The notes beneath the pieces are model-generated. The model worked only from the letters and a program-made list of their open reading frames with translations, was not told the DNA's origin and did no database searches. A program made the translations under genes and the position numbers. From NCBI GenBank assembly GCA_002840355.1, contig PHAL01000003.1, positions 7,808 to 71,807 of the forward strand: a stretch of DNA of 64,000 nt. The letters run 5' to 3'. The stretch comes from Elusimicrobia bacterium HGW-Elusimicrobia-3. GTDB taxonomy: Bacteria > Elusimicrobiota > Elusimicrobia > Elusimicrobiales > UBA9959. Positions 46,884 to 55,719 of the stretch are shown in pieces. Numbering within the stretch: position 1 is the stretch's first letter; each line of letters begins with the position of its first letter.

Positions 46884-48079
46884 TTTGGGTAGTTCCGTGT
46901 TTTTTTCTCGTAGCGCTTGTTAAGTTCTTCGGTCCTGGCAGCCGCCCACCTGGCGGCAGCCCGCTCGCCCCAGTCCATGGTCTCCTGCAGCCCCAGGCCC
47001 GCCAGCGCGCAAAGCGCCCAGAGAGCCGGCAGGTAGTAGCGCAGCTCTATCCCGCCGGTGGAGGTCACTTGCTTTATGGCCGCCAGGGGCAGCACCGGCA
47101 GCAGCGCCGCCGCCGCGAAGATCACCAAGCGGTCTTTCCCGAGCGCGAAAGCCGCGTAGACGCCGAGGAATACGAGCACGATCAGGACCTTGTAATGCAT
47201 GATGCGCGGCAGCTCGTAAGAGAGGCTGCGCCCGAGCCCGCTGAAGGCGTCCTGCACCGCACCCGCCGGACCGGACCGCAGCAGGAAGGCAACGGGCCCC
47301 AGCGGCCCCTGCGGCCTGTCCGGCGCGGGTTCGTAGCCGAAGGCGTCGATATTAGCCCAGCGGCGCAGGCTGAGCTCCTGCGCGTAAAGGAAATTGCCGT
47401 ATTCCGCTTTCTGCCGCGCCGCGTAGGGCAGGACCAGCAGCAGGGCCAGCCCGAGCGCCAGCAGGGATTCCTTGAGCGGCAGCGCACCGCGCCTTACTGC
47501 CAGCGTAAGAATCACCACCGCCAGTATAGGCAGGGCCGCGTCGAGGCGGCTCAGGCAGGCCAGGCCGCCCCAGAGGCCAGCCAGCAGCGCGTGCCGCCTG
47601 CCGCCGGCGGGACTGTCGAAATAGTGCCAGAACAGCAGCAGAAAAAAAAGCGCGTAAAGCTGCGAGGAGCCCTGCGTGGCGTAATAGCCCAGAAAAGGAT
47701 TAGCCGCCAGGAACAACGCGCCGAAGACGGCCGCCGCCGGTCCGAAACGGCGCGAGAGCGTGAACAGGGTGGCGGCAAAGAGCAGCGCGAACAGCGCCAG
47801 CCCCTGCGCTCGCACGGCTTTTTCGGGGTCGGCCCCAGCGGCCATGGCCAATTTAAGGGCTGCCACCGGCACCGGTTCGGAGAGGCCGGAGTCATAGAAC
47901 CAGGAGGAGTTGGCGGCCATCAGCGAGCGGGAAGCCGCCTCGCGCAGCGGCTTGTCCCCGTAGGTCCGGGTGCTCGCGACGAAGTTAAGCAGCAGCGCCG
48001 CGCAGGCGAGCAGCAGCAGCGTGCCGCGCAGGAAGTCCTGCGAGCCGGTGATCCGAGCGAGCTTCTTAATATCTATCAT
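46880..48079 (-). CDS. Polytopic membrane protein, GT-C/ArnT-like (PMT_2-type) candidate
   Basis: 399 aa with about 10 hydrophobic helices. ATGA overlap with the downstream Cache-like gene. Confidence 0.5.
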   Translation of the reverse strand: MIDIKKLARITGSQDFLRGTLLLLACAALLLNFVASTRTYGDKPLREAASRSLMAANSSWFYDSGLSEPVPVAALKLAMAAGADPEKAVRAQGLALFALLFAATLFTLSRRFGPAAAVFGALFLAANPFLGYYATQGSSQLYALFFLLLFWHYFDSPAGGRRHALLAGLWGGLACLSRLDAALPILAVVILTLAVRRGALPLKESLLALGLALLLVLPYAARQKAEYGNFLYAQELSLRRWANIDAFGYEPAPDRPQGPLGPVAFLLRSGPAGAVQDAFSGLGRSLSYELPRIMHYKVLIVLVFLGVYAAFALGKDRLVIFAAAALLPVLPLAAIKQVTSTGGIELRYYLPALWALCALAGLGLQETMDWGERAAARWAAARTEELNKRYEKKTRNYPK

Positions 48080-48129
48080 TGTAGGCTATCCCCGTAAATT
48101 GTAGTATATAAAAAACGCGGGTCAATTTT

Positions 48130-49410
48130 ATGAGAGAAATAACACTGGAATTCAAGAAAATAGTCGGCGAGGGCAAGGCCCTGGGCCGCAGCGATGGCAA
48201 GGTGGTCTTCTGTTACGGCGTACTGCCGGACGAGACCGCTCGCGTGCGCATCACCTTCGAGAAGAAGAACTTCGCCGAAGCCGAACTGCTGGAAATAATC
48301 ACCCCCTCCCCCAAGCGTGTGGCGGCCCGCGAGGACCACTACCTCAGCTGCTCCCCCTGGCAAGTCATGGACTACGCCTTCCAGTGCGAGACCAAGAAGG
48401 GCATTATCGAGGACCTGCTTTACCAGACCACCAAGGAAACCATCCGCCTGGACAAGTTCTACGCCGCCAAGGAGATCTTCGGCTACCGCACCAAGATCGA
48501 GTACAGCTTCACCGGCGAGCCGGGCAACCTGTCCTTCGCCTTTCACAAGCGCGGCAACTACCGCGAGAAGTACCTGCTGCCCGAAGGCTGCGCGCTGATC
48601 GGCCCGCAGGCCAACGCGGCCGCCGTGAAGATACTCGCCATCATCAACGGCCTCAAGCTCTCTACCGCCGACCTCAAGACCCTCATCATCCGCGAGGCCA
48701 AGCGCCCCGGCTCGCGCGTGGCGGCGCTCTTCATGAAGCGCCAGGACATCGAGCTGCCCGACATGCAGGTGGAAGGCCTCGACGGCTTCCTGGCCGTTTA
48801 CTCCGACCCCGTCAGCTCGGTCAGCCAGGTCGACGAGATCATCAAGACCTGGGGCAAGGACTGCGTCACCGAGGAGATCCTCGGCGGCAAGTTCTCCTAC
48901 GGGTTCGACTGCTTCTTCCAGAACAACATGGAGCTGTTCGAAGAAGCGCTCAAGGAGATCCGCGCTTCCGCCTATAAATGCGGCAAGCTGGTGGACCTCT
49001 ATTCGGGCGTGGGCGTGATAGGCCTGACCCTGCGCGACCTCGCCGACAAGGTCTACGCCGTGGAATCCTCCCCCAACTCGGTCAAGTACGCCGCGATAAA
49101 CGCGGAGGCCAACGGCGCCACCAACTTCGAGATCGCCTGTTCTCTTTCGGAAAAAGCCGAGGGCGGGCTCTTCAAGGACACCGATATCCTGGTGCTGGAC
49201 CCGCCCCGCGCGGGCCTGCACAACAAGGTGATCAAGCGGATCATGGAGATCCTGCCCAAGCGCATCATCTACCTGTCCTGCAACCCCATCACGCAGGGCC
49301 GCGACGCCGCCTTCTTCCTGGAGAAGTACAAGATCATCCGCTCGGCCGCCTTCGACTTCTACCCCAACACCCCGCACTCCGAAACGCTGCTGGTCTTCGA
49401 GCGGGACTAG
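48130..49410 (+). CDS. TRAM-domain RNA (uracil-5-)-methyltransferase (RlmD/RumA/TrmA family)
   Basis: N-terminal TRAM ('GKALGRSDGKVVFCYGVLPDE'), SAM motif 'VDLYSGVGVIGL', 'LDPPRAGL', catalytic 'YLSCNP'. Confidence 0.88.
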   Translation: MREITLEFKKIVGEGKALGRSDGKVVFCYGVLPDETARVRITFEKKNFAEAELLEIITPSPKRVAAREDHYLSCSPWQVMDYAFQCETKKGIIEDLLYQTTKETIRLDKFYAAKEIFGYRTKIEYSFTGEPGNLSFAFHKRGNYREKYLLPEGCALIGPQANAAAVKILAIINGLKLSTADLKTLIIREAKRPGSRVAALFMKRQDIELPDMQVEGLDGFLAVYSDPVSSVSQVDEIIKTWGKDCVTEEILGGKFSYGFDCFFQNNMELFEEALKEIRASAYKCGKLVDLYSGVGVIGLTLRDLADKVYAVESSPNSVKYAAINAEANGATNFEIACSLSEKAEGGLFKDTDILVLDPPRAGLHNKVIKRIMEILPKRIIYLSCNPITQGRDAAFFLEKYKIIRSAAFDFYPNTPHSETLLVFERD

Positions 49411-49421
49411 CCCCGCCGGAA

Positions 49422-49455
49422 AAGAAAAAGGCCGCGGACAGCCGCGGCCTTTTTC
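49422..49455. terminator. Bidirectional hairpin terminator
   Basis: aagaaaaa-ggccgcgg(acag)ccgcggcc-tttttc, between the convergent methyltransferase and fibre genes. Confidence 0.75.
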
Positions 49456-49472
49456 ACATCCCGGCGCTGTCC

Positions 49473-52400
49473 CTAGATAGCGCCGCCTGCCATGGTCGCC
49501 AGGCTGCCGGCGTTCACAGTGCCCGTGGAGACCACCACTTTCTGGCTGCAATCCGCGCAGTAGTAGATCTCCCCTTCCATTTCAGGCGTATACCCCAGGA
49601 GCGTGGCCCTATCCTTGCTCGGCAGGGCCAGCTTGCCCTGTACCCCCACCGCGCCCTCAAAGATATTTATAGAGTCGGCCCCCCGGGAAAGCAGGTTAAA
49701 GTTATCCCCGGAGCCCTGGGTGCTGTGGTCTTCTATCAGCAGCGCTGTGTTGTTCACAATGGCGCCGCCGGTAACGTCCGGGGGCAGTATCACCACGCCG
49801 TAATGCTCGTTTATAGTGCCGGCCGACTGGTAATTCTGCACGAAGACACCGGAGACGTTCTCCACTGTGCCGGCCCCCTCTACCATCGCCCCGGAACGCA
49901 CGCCGATCACGTTGGGGAAGTTGAAGGCGCCGGCATTGCTGCCGTGAAAATCTCCGCCGACCACCGTCTGGTCGGCGTTGAGGTGAGAATCAGGTTCAAC
50001 GGTCGCCATCACGGCTATGCCGGTGTTTTCCGCGCCTATCCCGGTGGCGGAGAAAGTGTTCTCTATCAGCAGCACCCGCTCCGAAGAGGGGCCAAGGGCG
50101 GCGTTGCCCATGTATATACCGGAGTTTATCCCCAGCGTGCCCACGTTGGAGATATTGTAGCCGCCCATGTCCAGGTCGGCGCCCCCCCCTCCCCCGGAAC
50201 CGCAGTCCGCGTCCTTGACGCCCAGCGTACCTTCCGCCGTAGCGTAAACGCAGCGGTTACCGATCCCGGCCAGCGCCGTGTTCAGCAGGCTGCCCTCGAT
50301 ATACAGCGTAGACGCCGGCACTATGGAGGAAACGTTGACGATGTTATACGTGTTCATGTCGAAGTGGGCTATGGCCGGGTTGGCCATGCCCACGCCGGCG
50401 GGCACGTTGAACAGACCGGAGCCGTCACCGTAGAACCTGGTGGCGTACACGCCGCCCGCGCCTGTCAGGCGAATCACTGGCGAGACTCCGGTGGAAACCA
50501 TCACCATATCCCCGGCGTAGCCGGCCGCCGAGGAGATGTGCAGGCTGGCGGCCGGAAATGTCTCGCCTATCACCAGCGGGCCGTTGGAGAACATGGCCCC
50601 GCCCGCGGCGAAGATGTCGCCTCCCACGAACAGCGAGGTGGAGAAGGCGATGCCGGGCTCCGAGGGTGAACCCACAATGGTGGAGACATTGATCATCCAG
50701 TTGCCGGCCAGGTCCAGGGCCTGCGTGGCCGTGTGATCGCCCAGGCCCCCGGTGCCGCTGACGCCGGTCAGCGCCGAGCCGTCGCCGTAATACTTGGCGG
50801 CCGAGGCTATGCCCACCACGTAAATATTACTGCTCACGTAGACGCCGCCGTTGAAGGCCGGCGCGGAAGAAGAAACCTCCACTTCAGGGGCCAGGGCCAG
50901 GCGCGGGGAGGTCAGGCCGTCCGCGGCCGCTACTGACAGGCTGCCGGCGAAAGCGTTGTCGGCGGCGTCCAGCAGGGGCACGTTGGCCGACAGCCGCGCG
51001 TCGGGCAGGGCGCCGGAGGTGAGCGCCGCGGCGCTGAGGTTGCGCAGGGCCGAGCCGTCGGCGTGCAGCAACCCGGAGGCCGTCATCGTGGCCTGGACCA
51101 GGCCGGCGTTGTTGCGCCAGAATTGTATGTAGCCGCCCTGCTCGCCCAGCACGTCCAGGCGCGCCGCCGGGGCGCCGGTGCCTACGCCGGCGTTGCCGGC
51201 GCTGTCCACGAAGAAACCCTCCGGATCCCCGTCGCCAGAGATCCAGTTGGAGCCGGTGATCAGGTCCTGCGTGAGCGTGTGGTCGCCCAGGTCGTCGTCG
51301 CCGCCTATGTTGCTGAGGGCGGAGCCGTCGCCGTAGTACTTGGCTCCGGCCGGCAGGTAGACATGCGTGGAAACGTAGACGCCGCCTTGGAAAGCGGCGG
51401 TCGCCGAGGAAAGGTCTACGCCGGGGGCCAGCGCCAGCCGCGGGGCGCCCACGCCCTGCGCGCCCGTCACCGTGACCGAGGAGGCGTTCAGGAGCTGGTT
51501 GCCGGCCAGGTTCAGCGCCTGTGAGGCGGTATGCCCGCCCAGGCCGTCGCCGGAAATATTGCGCAATCCGGCGCCGTCGGCGTAGATCACGCCGCCGGCG
51601 GAGACCGAAGCCATGATAACGCCGAACTGGTTGCGCCAGATCTGAGAGTAGGGCGCCGCGGGGACGGTCAGCACGTCCAGCCTGGCCTCGGGAATCTCGG
51701 TGCCGGCGCCTATATTGCCGTCGTTGCGCACCTTGAAGATAGTGAAACCCGTAAAATTCTCGGCGAGGAAGGCGTTCTCGGTATCGTCGTCAGTATTGGC
51801 CCGCACCAGCAGTTTACTGGTCCCGGCATTAGACTGGCCTATGGCCACGCTGGACGCGGCTTCCACGGTGTATACGCTGTTGCCGGCCACTCCCCACAGG
51901 GCGGAAGTGTCTACGAAATAAGACCCGTTGAGCGTGACCCAGTTCGAGCCGTTATACCCTTCGAAAGAGGCACCGTTGTAGCGGATAGAGCCCGGGACAT
52001 TGAGCGCGCTGTCGCCCACCCTGACCGCGCCGTTGACGTCGAGCCGCTGCAGCGGGAGGGCCGTGCCGATACCGACATTGCCGTCGGCCACCACCAGGCC
52101 GGAGGAAACCAGGACGCCTGGCAGGGTGGCGTGCTGTATGGAAAAAGTCGCGCTGGAAACGAAAGTGTTGGCCTGCGCCAGCCCGGCGTAGCCGGCCGCC
52201 GCGTGGTCGCCCCAGGCGACGGCCCCGTTCCAGGCGGCGCGCTCGCCTGCCAGGATGGCGTAAGCCGGGTGCGCGATAAAGACCGGGTCGGCCTCGGCTA
52301 TATTGGTCAGGCCGGAGCCGTCGGCGTACAGCACGCCCGCGGCGGTCATCGTGGCCACGGCCGCGCCGGCCGCGCTGCGCCAGATCTGGGAATTGCCGGC

Positions 52401-53747
52401 CACGGCGCCGCGCACGTCCAGGCGCGCCTCCGGCGCGTTGGTGCTCACGCCAACATTGCCGCCGGCGTCCACGAAAAGGCCTTCACTGCCGCCGTCGCCG
52501 GAATACCAGAACGCGCCGGCCGCGAGATTCTGCGCCAGCGTATGGTTGCCGAGGCCGTCGCCCAGGGCGCCCGCGGGCAGCCCGCGCAGGCCGGAGGCCG
52601 CCGCGTACAATACGCCGGTGGCGCTCATGGAAGCCTGCACCACCCCGCCGTCGTCGCGCCAGATCTGGGCGTAACCGCCGGCGTCCCCGCGCACGTCCAG
52701 CCGCGCGCCGGGGGCGGCCTGGCCCACGCCCACGTTGCCCGCGGCGTCCACGGCCAGGCCCTCGCCGTCGCCGTCGCCGGACACCCAGTTCGCGCCCAGC
52801 ACCAGGTTCTGCGTCAGCGTGTGGTCGCCCAGATCGTCGGAGCCGCTGACCCCGGTCAGACCGGAGCCGTCGCCGTAATACTTGGCGCCGGCGGCCAGGT
52901 AGACATGGCTGGAAACATAGAGCCCGCCGTAATGGGCGGCGGCAGAGGATGAAAGCGAGACCGCCGCGTTCAGGCCCACCGAGGGCGCGGAGACTATGCG
53001 CCGGCCGGCCATATTGAGGTCCTGCGTGGCTGTGTGCGAGCCCAGACCGTCGCCGGAGATATTGCGCAGGCCGGCCGCGTCGGCGTAGAGCGTGCCGCCC
53101 GCGGTCATGGAGGCCACGATGACCCCGCCGGAATTCCGCCAGAACTGAGAGTAGGAGTCCGCCGCGGCCGCCTGCACGTCCAGCCGGGTCTGCGGGCCCG
53201 CCAGGCCCAGGCCGGCGTAGCCGGTGCCGGTCAGCACGGCGTGCTGGCCCGAAGCGGCCCAGCCGGGCGCGGTGCGCTGCACGGTGTTGTCGGTATAAAC
53301 GACGCCCCTGCTGCCCGCCGCCCCGGAGAGCTTCAGGTCGCCGTTATTGACGGTGAAGGTGCCGGTGGAGGCTTCGGCCGTGACCGAGTGCAGGGAGTAG
53401 ACCGAGGAATAGAGAGGCTCCGGCTGCAGCCAGCCGCCGTCGAGGCTCATCATGACGTAAGGGGTTATATCTTTCCAGGGTATGGCCGCGAAAGTCTCCT
53501 CGTCAGGAGTGCCGAGCGGGTAGCGGAACAGGCCTGTGGAAACCACAACATCCGTGGAACCGGAATTCCAGTACTCCGCGGCGCCGGAGGCGTCCGTTAT
53601 CTTGAACTCCATCGCTACCGTGCCGTTGAACAGCCGGCCGTCCTTGCGCAGCGTGCCCTGGTAGCTTATCAGGCCCGGCGAGGCGGCGTAAGCCCCCCCG
53701 GCCAACAGCCCGGCCAGCGCGGCCGCTAAAATGGATATTTTTTTCAC
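49473..53747 (-). CDS. 1,424-aa secreted repeat fibre / adhesin-like protein (tail-fibre-type 'GNVGIG..AP.ARLDV' and 'YYGDGS.LT' repeats)
   Basis: GTG start with GAGGTGA 4 nt upstream. Signal peptide 'ILAAALAGLLAGGAYA'. Many Gly/Ala-rich repeats and a beta-helix-like C-terminal third. Confidence 0.8.
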   Translation of the reverse strand: MKKISILAAALAGLLAGGAYAASPGLISYQGTLRKDGRLFNGTVAMEFKITDASGAAEYWNSGSTDVVVSTGLFRYPLGTPDEETFAAIPWKDITPYVMMSLDGGWLQPEPLYSSVYSLHSVTAEASTGTFTVNNGDLKLSGAAGSRGVVYTDNTVQRTAPGWAASGQHAVLTGTGYAGLGLAGPQTRLDVQAAAADSYSQFWRNSGGVIVASMTAGGTLYADAAGLRNISGDGLGSHTATQDLNMAGRRIVSAPSVGLNAAVSLSSSAAAHYGGLYVSSHVYLAAGAKYYGDGSGLTGVSGSDDLGDHTLTQNLVLGANWVSGDGDGEGLAVDAAGNVGVGQAAPGARLDVRGDAGGYAQIWRDDGGVVQASMSATGVLYAAASGLRGLPAGALGDGLGNHTLAQNLAAGAFWYSGDGGSEGLFVDAGGNVGVSTNAPEARLDVRGAVAGNSQIWRSAAGAAVATMTAAGVLYADGSGLTNIAEADPVFIAHPAYAILAGERAAWNGAVAWGDHAAAGYAGLAQANTFVSSATFSIQHATLPGVLVSSGLVVADGNVGIGTALPLQRLDVNGAVRVGDSALNVPGSIRYNGASFEGYNGSNWVTLNGSYFVDTSALWGVAGNSVYTVEAASSVAIGQSNAGTSKLLVRANTDDDTENAFLAENFTGFTIFKVRNDGNIGAGTEIPEARLDVLTVPAAPYSQIWRNQFGVIMASVSAGGVIYADGAGLRNISGDGLGGHTASQALNLAGNQLLNASSVTVTGAQGVGAPRLALAPGVDLSSATAAFQGGVYVSTHVYLPAGAKYYGDGSALSNIGGDDDLGDHTLTQDLITGSNWISGDGDPEGFFVDSAGNAGVGTGAPAARLDVLGEQGGYIQFWRNNAGLVQATMTASGLLHADGSALRNLSAAALTSGALPDARLSANVPLLDAADNAFAGSLSVAAADGLTSPRLALAPEVEVSSSAPAFNGGVYVSSNIYVVGIASAAKYYGDGSALTGVSGTGGLGDHTATQALDLAGNWMINVSTIVGSPSEPGIAFSTSLFVGGDIFAAGGAMFSNGPLVIGETFPAASLHISSAAGYAGDMVMVSTGVSPVIRLTGAGGVYATRFYGDGSGLFNVPAGVGMANPAIAHFDMNTYNIVNVSSIVPASTLYIEGSLLNTALAGIGNRCVYATAEGTLGVKDADCGSGGGGGADLDMGGYNISNVGTLGINSGIYMGNAALGPSSERVLLIENTFSATGIGAENTGIAVMATVEPDSHLNADQTVVGGDFHGSNAGAFNFPNVIGVRSGAMVEGAGTVENVSGVFVQNYQSAGTINEHYGVVILPPDVTGGAIVNNTALLIEDHSTQGSGDNFNLLSRGADSINIFEGAVGVQGKLALPSKDRATLLGYTPEMEGEIYYCADCSQKVVVSTGTVNAGSLATMAGGAI
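51033..51716 (-). repeat. Internal protein-level duplication unit B of the fibre gene (aa ~678-905)
   Basis: See unit A. The DNA copies are diverged (by eye roughly three quarters identical), so this is not a recent duplication or an assembly artefact. Confidence 0.75.
52563..53219 (-). repeat. Internal protein-level duplication unit A of the fibre gene (aa ~177-395)
   Basis: Collinear with aa ~678-905: 'RLDV...YSQ(F/I)WRN..GVI.AS..AGG.(L/I)YAD.AGLRNISGDGLG.HTA.Q.LN.AG...AKYYGDGS.L....G.DDLGDHTLTQ.L..G.NW.SGDGD.EG..VD.AGN.GVG..AP.ARLDV'. Confidence 0.75.
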
Positions 53748-53751
53748 AATC

Positions 53752-54573
53752 TCACCTCTTGCCGGGCGCCGCCGCCCGGGTCCTGGCCAGCTCGAGGTAG
53801 TACAGCGCCTCGTCGTTATCGTCGTCGGAATCCAGCTCTTTTTCCAGCAGCTCTATCGCCCCGGCCCACTGCCTTCTACCGTAAAGCGACAGGGCCTCCC
53901 GCAGGTTCGCGTGCCGCAGCTTCAGGCCCGCCTCCAGGCCGCGCAGTTTCTGGGCCTTCTTCAGCTGGGCCTCGGTCTCGCCGGCCGAGCGCACCCCGCC
54001 GTAGAGAGACTGGCGCTCGGACACCCTGTTGAACTGCAGCGCGGCCAACATCCTGCTGTCCGCCTCGCCGCGGCCCTCCGCGAGGTACGGGTAATGTTTC
54101 TTCACCGTTTTAAAAAAGATGCCCCTGATCCTGGCGTCGGCGGCGGCCAGCGCTTCCGCGTTGTCGGAGTAAACGGGAAAAATCACGAGCAGCCGCTCGT
54201 AGGCAGCCACGGCTTCCGCGGCGGTGTCCGGGTCGGCGGCCAGTGAGCAAGCCAGGGCGAACTCTTCCTCCCAGGCACCCATCCGGCGCTCGCGGGCGGC
54301 GTTCATCTCGTCGCGGCGCTCGCGGGCCCGCCGCGCCTCGTCGAGCAGCGAATCCCTTTCCCTGGCCGCTACGCCGCGCTCCGAAGCGGCCGCCCGGCCC
54401 GCCGCAGTTTTCAGGCGCGAGCGCGCCGCGGCGTCGGAGGAATCGGCCAGCACGGCGTCCATGAGCTTTATCACCTCGGCCCTGCGCTGGTCGGCGGCGG
54501 CGGTCTGCGCTCGCAGAGGGCAGGCGCAGGCCAGCAGCGCCGCCGCGGCGGCGGCAAGGCGCGAGGGGCGCAT
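53752..54573 (-). CDS. Hypothetical secreted all-helical protein (Arg/Ala/Glu-rich, TPR-like C-terminus)
   Basis: Signal peptide 'AALLACACPLRAQ'. The start shares 1 nt with the upstream stop (TAATG), and the gene ends 4 nt before the fibre gene. Confidence 0.6.
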   Translation of the reverse strand: MRPSRLAAAAAALLACACPLRAQTAAADQRRAEVIKLMDAVLADSSDAAARSRLKTAAGRAAASERGVAARERDSLLDEARRARERRDEMNAARERRMGAWEEEFALACSLAADPDTAAEAVAAYERLLVIFPVYSDNAEALAAADARIRGIFFKTVKKHYPYLAEGRGEADSRMLAALQFNRVSERQSLYGGVRSAGETEAQLKKAQKLRGLEAGLKLRHANLREALSLYGRRQWAGAIELLEKELDSDDDNDEALYYLELARTRAAAPGKR

Positions 54574-55715
54574 TACCCGGGGTCCTCCAGCTTTAAGCGG
54601 GCGCGCCGCATCAGTTCCAGCGCGTCCTTATAGCCGGGGTCGGCGGTCAGCGCCTCATTGAGCAGCAGCACCGCCTCGTAATAACGTTTTTCCTTCAGCA
54701 GGCCGCGGGCCTGCTCCGTCTTGCGCACGGCCTCCTCCTGCTCCACGCTGAGATGGCGGGTGACCGCCACCGGCCTGTCGAACTTGTAGGAGAGGGCGAA
54801 GCGGTGGGCCGGCCCGAACTTGCCATAGGAGGAAAGAGAGTAGTCGAACTGCAGCAGCTTCATCACCAGGCCGCCGCCCAGCCGCAGACCGCCGCCGAGG
54901 TCCTCGCCGGAAACGTAGCCGGCCCGCACCGAGACCGCCCGCCAGACCTGGTACTCGGCCCCGGCGCAGAGCACGGCGCCGGCGTCTTTCTGCTGCCTGA
55001 CGTCGGCCGAAAAAGTAATGGGGTCTCCCGCAGCCAGCATGATATACGAGGCCCCGGCCCTGAAGACGGAGGGCGCCGGGCCGGTCTCGGAGTCGAATTT
55101 AAAGCCCTGTCCCACGGATTGGGCCGAGACGCCCAGCGCCAGCGTGCCGGCGGGCCGCCGCTTTATCCAGAGCAGCCCGGCGTCGGCCAGGGCCGCCGCG
55201 GCGGAAACCCCGTCCAGTTCCTCGCGAGCGTACTTGAGCGTGATTCCGGCGAAAAGGCCGGACAGCCTGTCCTGCCAGGGCCCGGCCAGGCGCGCCGCGT
55301 AGCTCAGGCCGGCGGCCAGGCTTCCCGCCTCCACGCCGCCGGCGGCCGCCCCGGAATTGTCATACCCGTCGATGCCGGGGACGCTAAGCGCCAGCACGGA
55401 GACCGCGGCCGCGCCGTAGCGCAGAGGCTGCGCGTAAGCGGCCTGCTGCGAATTGATCCCCTCCAGCCAGGAGTTATAGGTGAAAGCCGCTTCCTTGTAG
55501 GCCGTGCGGCCCAGCGCCGCCGGGTTGATCGCCAGCGCGCCCAGCAGGTCGCCGTAGCCGCCCGCGCCGGACTCGCCCATGCCTACGGCCCTCGGGCTCT
55601 GCACGATGCGCAGGAATTCGCCGCCGGAGGTGCCGGCTCCCGCCGCGGCGCTGCCGGCCGCGCAGAGCAGCGCGCAGCAGGCGGAGAAGAGTTTGAGTGC
55701 CAGATTATTTTTCAT
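54573..55715 (-). CDS. PorV/PorQ-like outer-membrane beta-barrel with C-terminal TPR-like helical tail
   Basis: Signal peptide. N-terminal 'GGEFLRIVQSPRAVGMGESGAGG...LAINPAALG' resembles the PorV/PorQ (also UPF0164) signature. The barrel ends '...FALSYKF', then ~70 aa of helical tail ('KEKRYYEAVLLLNEALTADPGYKDAL'). Confidence 0.55.
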   Translation of the reverse strand: MKNNLALKLFSACCALLCAAGSAAAGAGTSGGEFLRIVQSPRAVGMGESGAGGYGDLLGALAINPAALGRTAYKEAAFTYNSWLEGINSQQAAYAQPLRYGAAAVSVLALSVPGIDGYDNSGAAAGGVEAGSLAAGLSYAARLAGPWQDRLSGLFAGITLKYAREELDGVSAAAALADAGLLWIKRRPAGTLALGVSAQSVGQGFKFDSETGPAPSVFRAGASYIMLAAGDPITFSADVRQQKDAGAVLCAGAEYQVWRAVSVRAGYVSGEDLGGGLRLGGGLVMKLLQFDYSLSSYGKFGPAHRFALSYKFDRPVAVTRHLSVEQEEAVRKTEQARGLLKEKRYYEAVLLLNEALTADPGYKDALELMRRARLKLEDPG

Positions 55716-55719
55716 CCGA

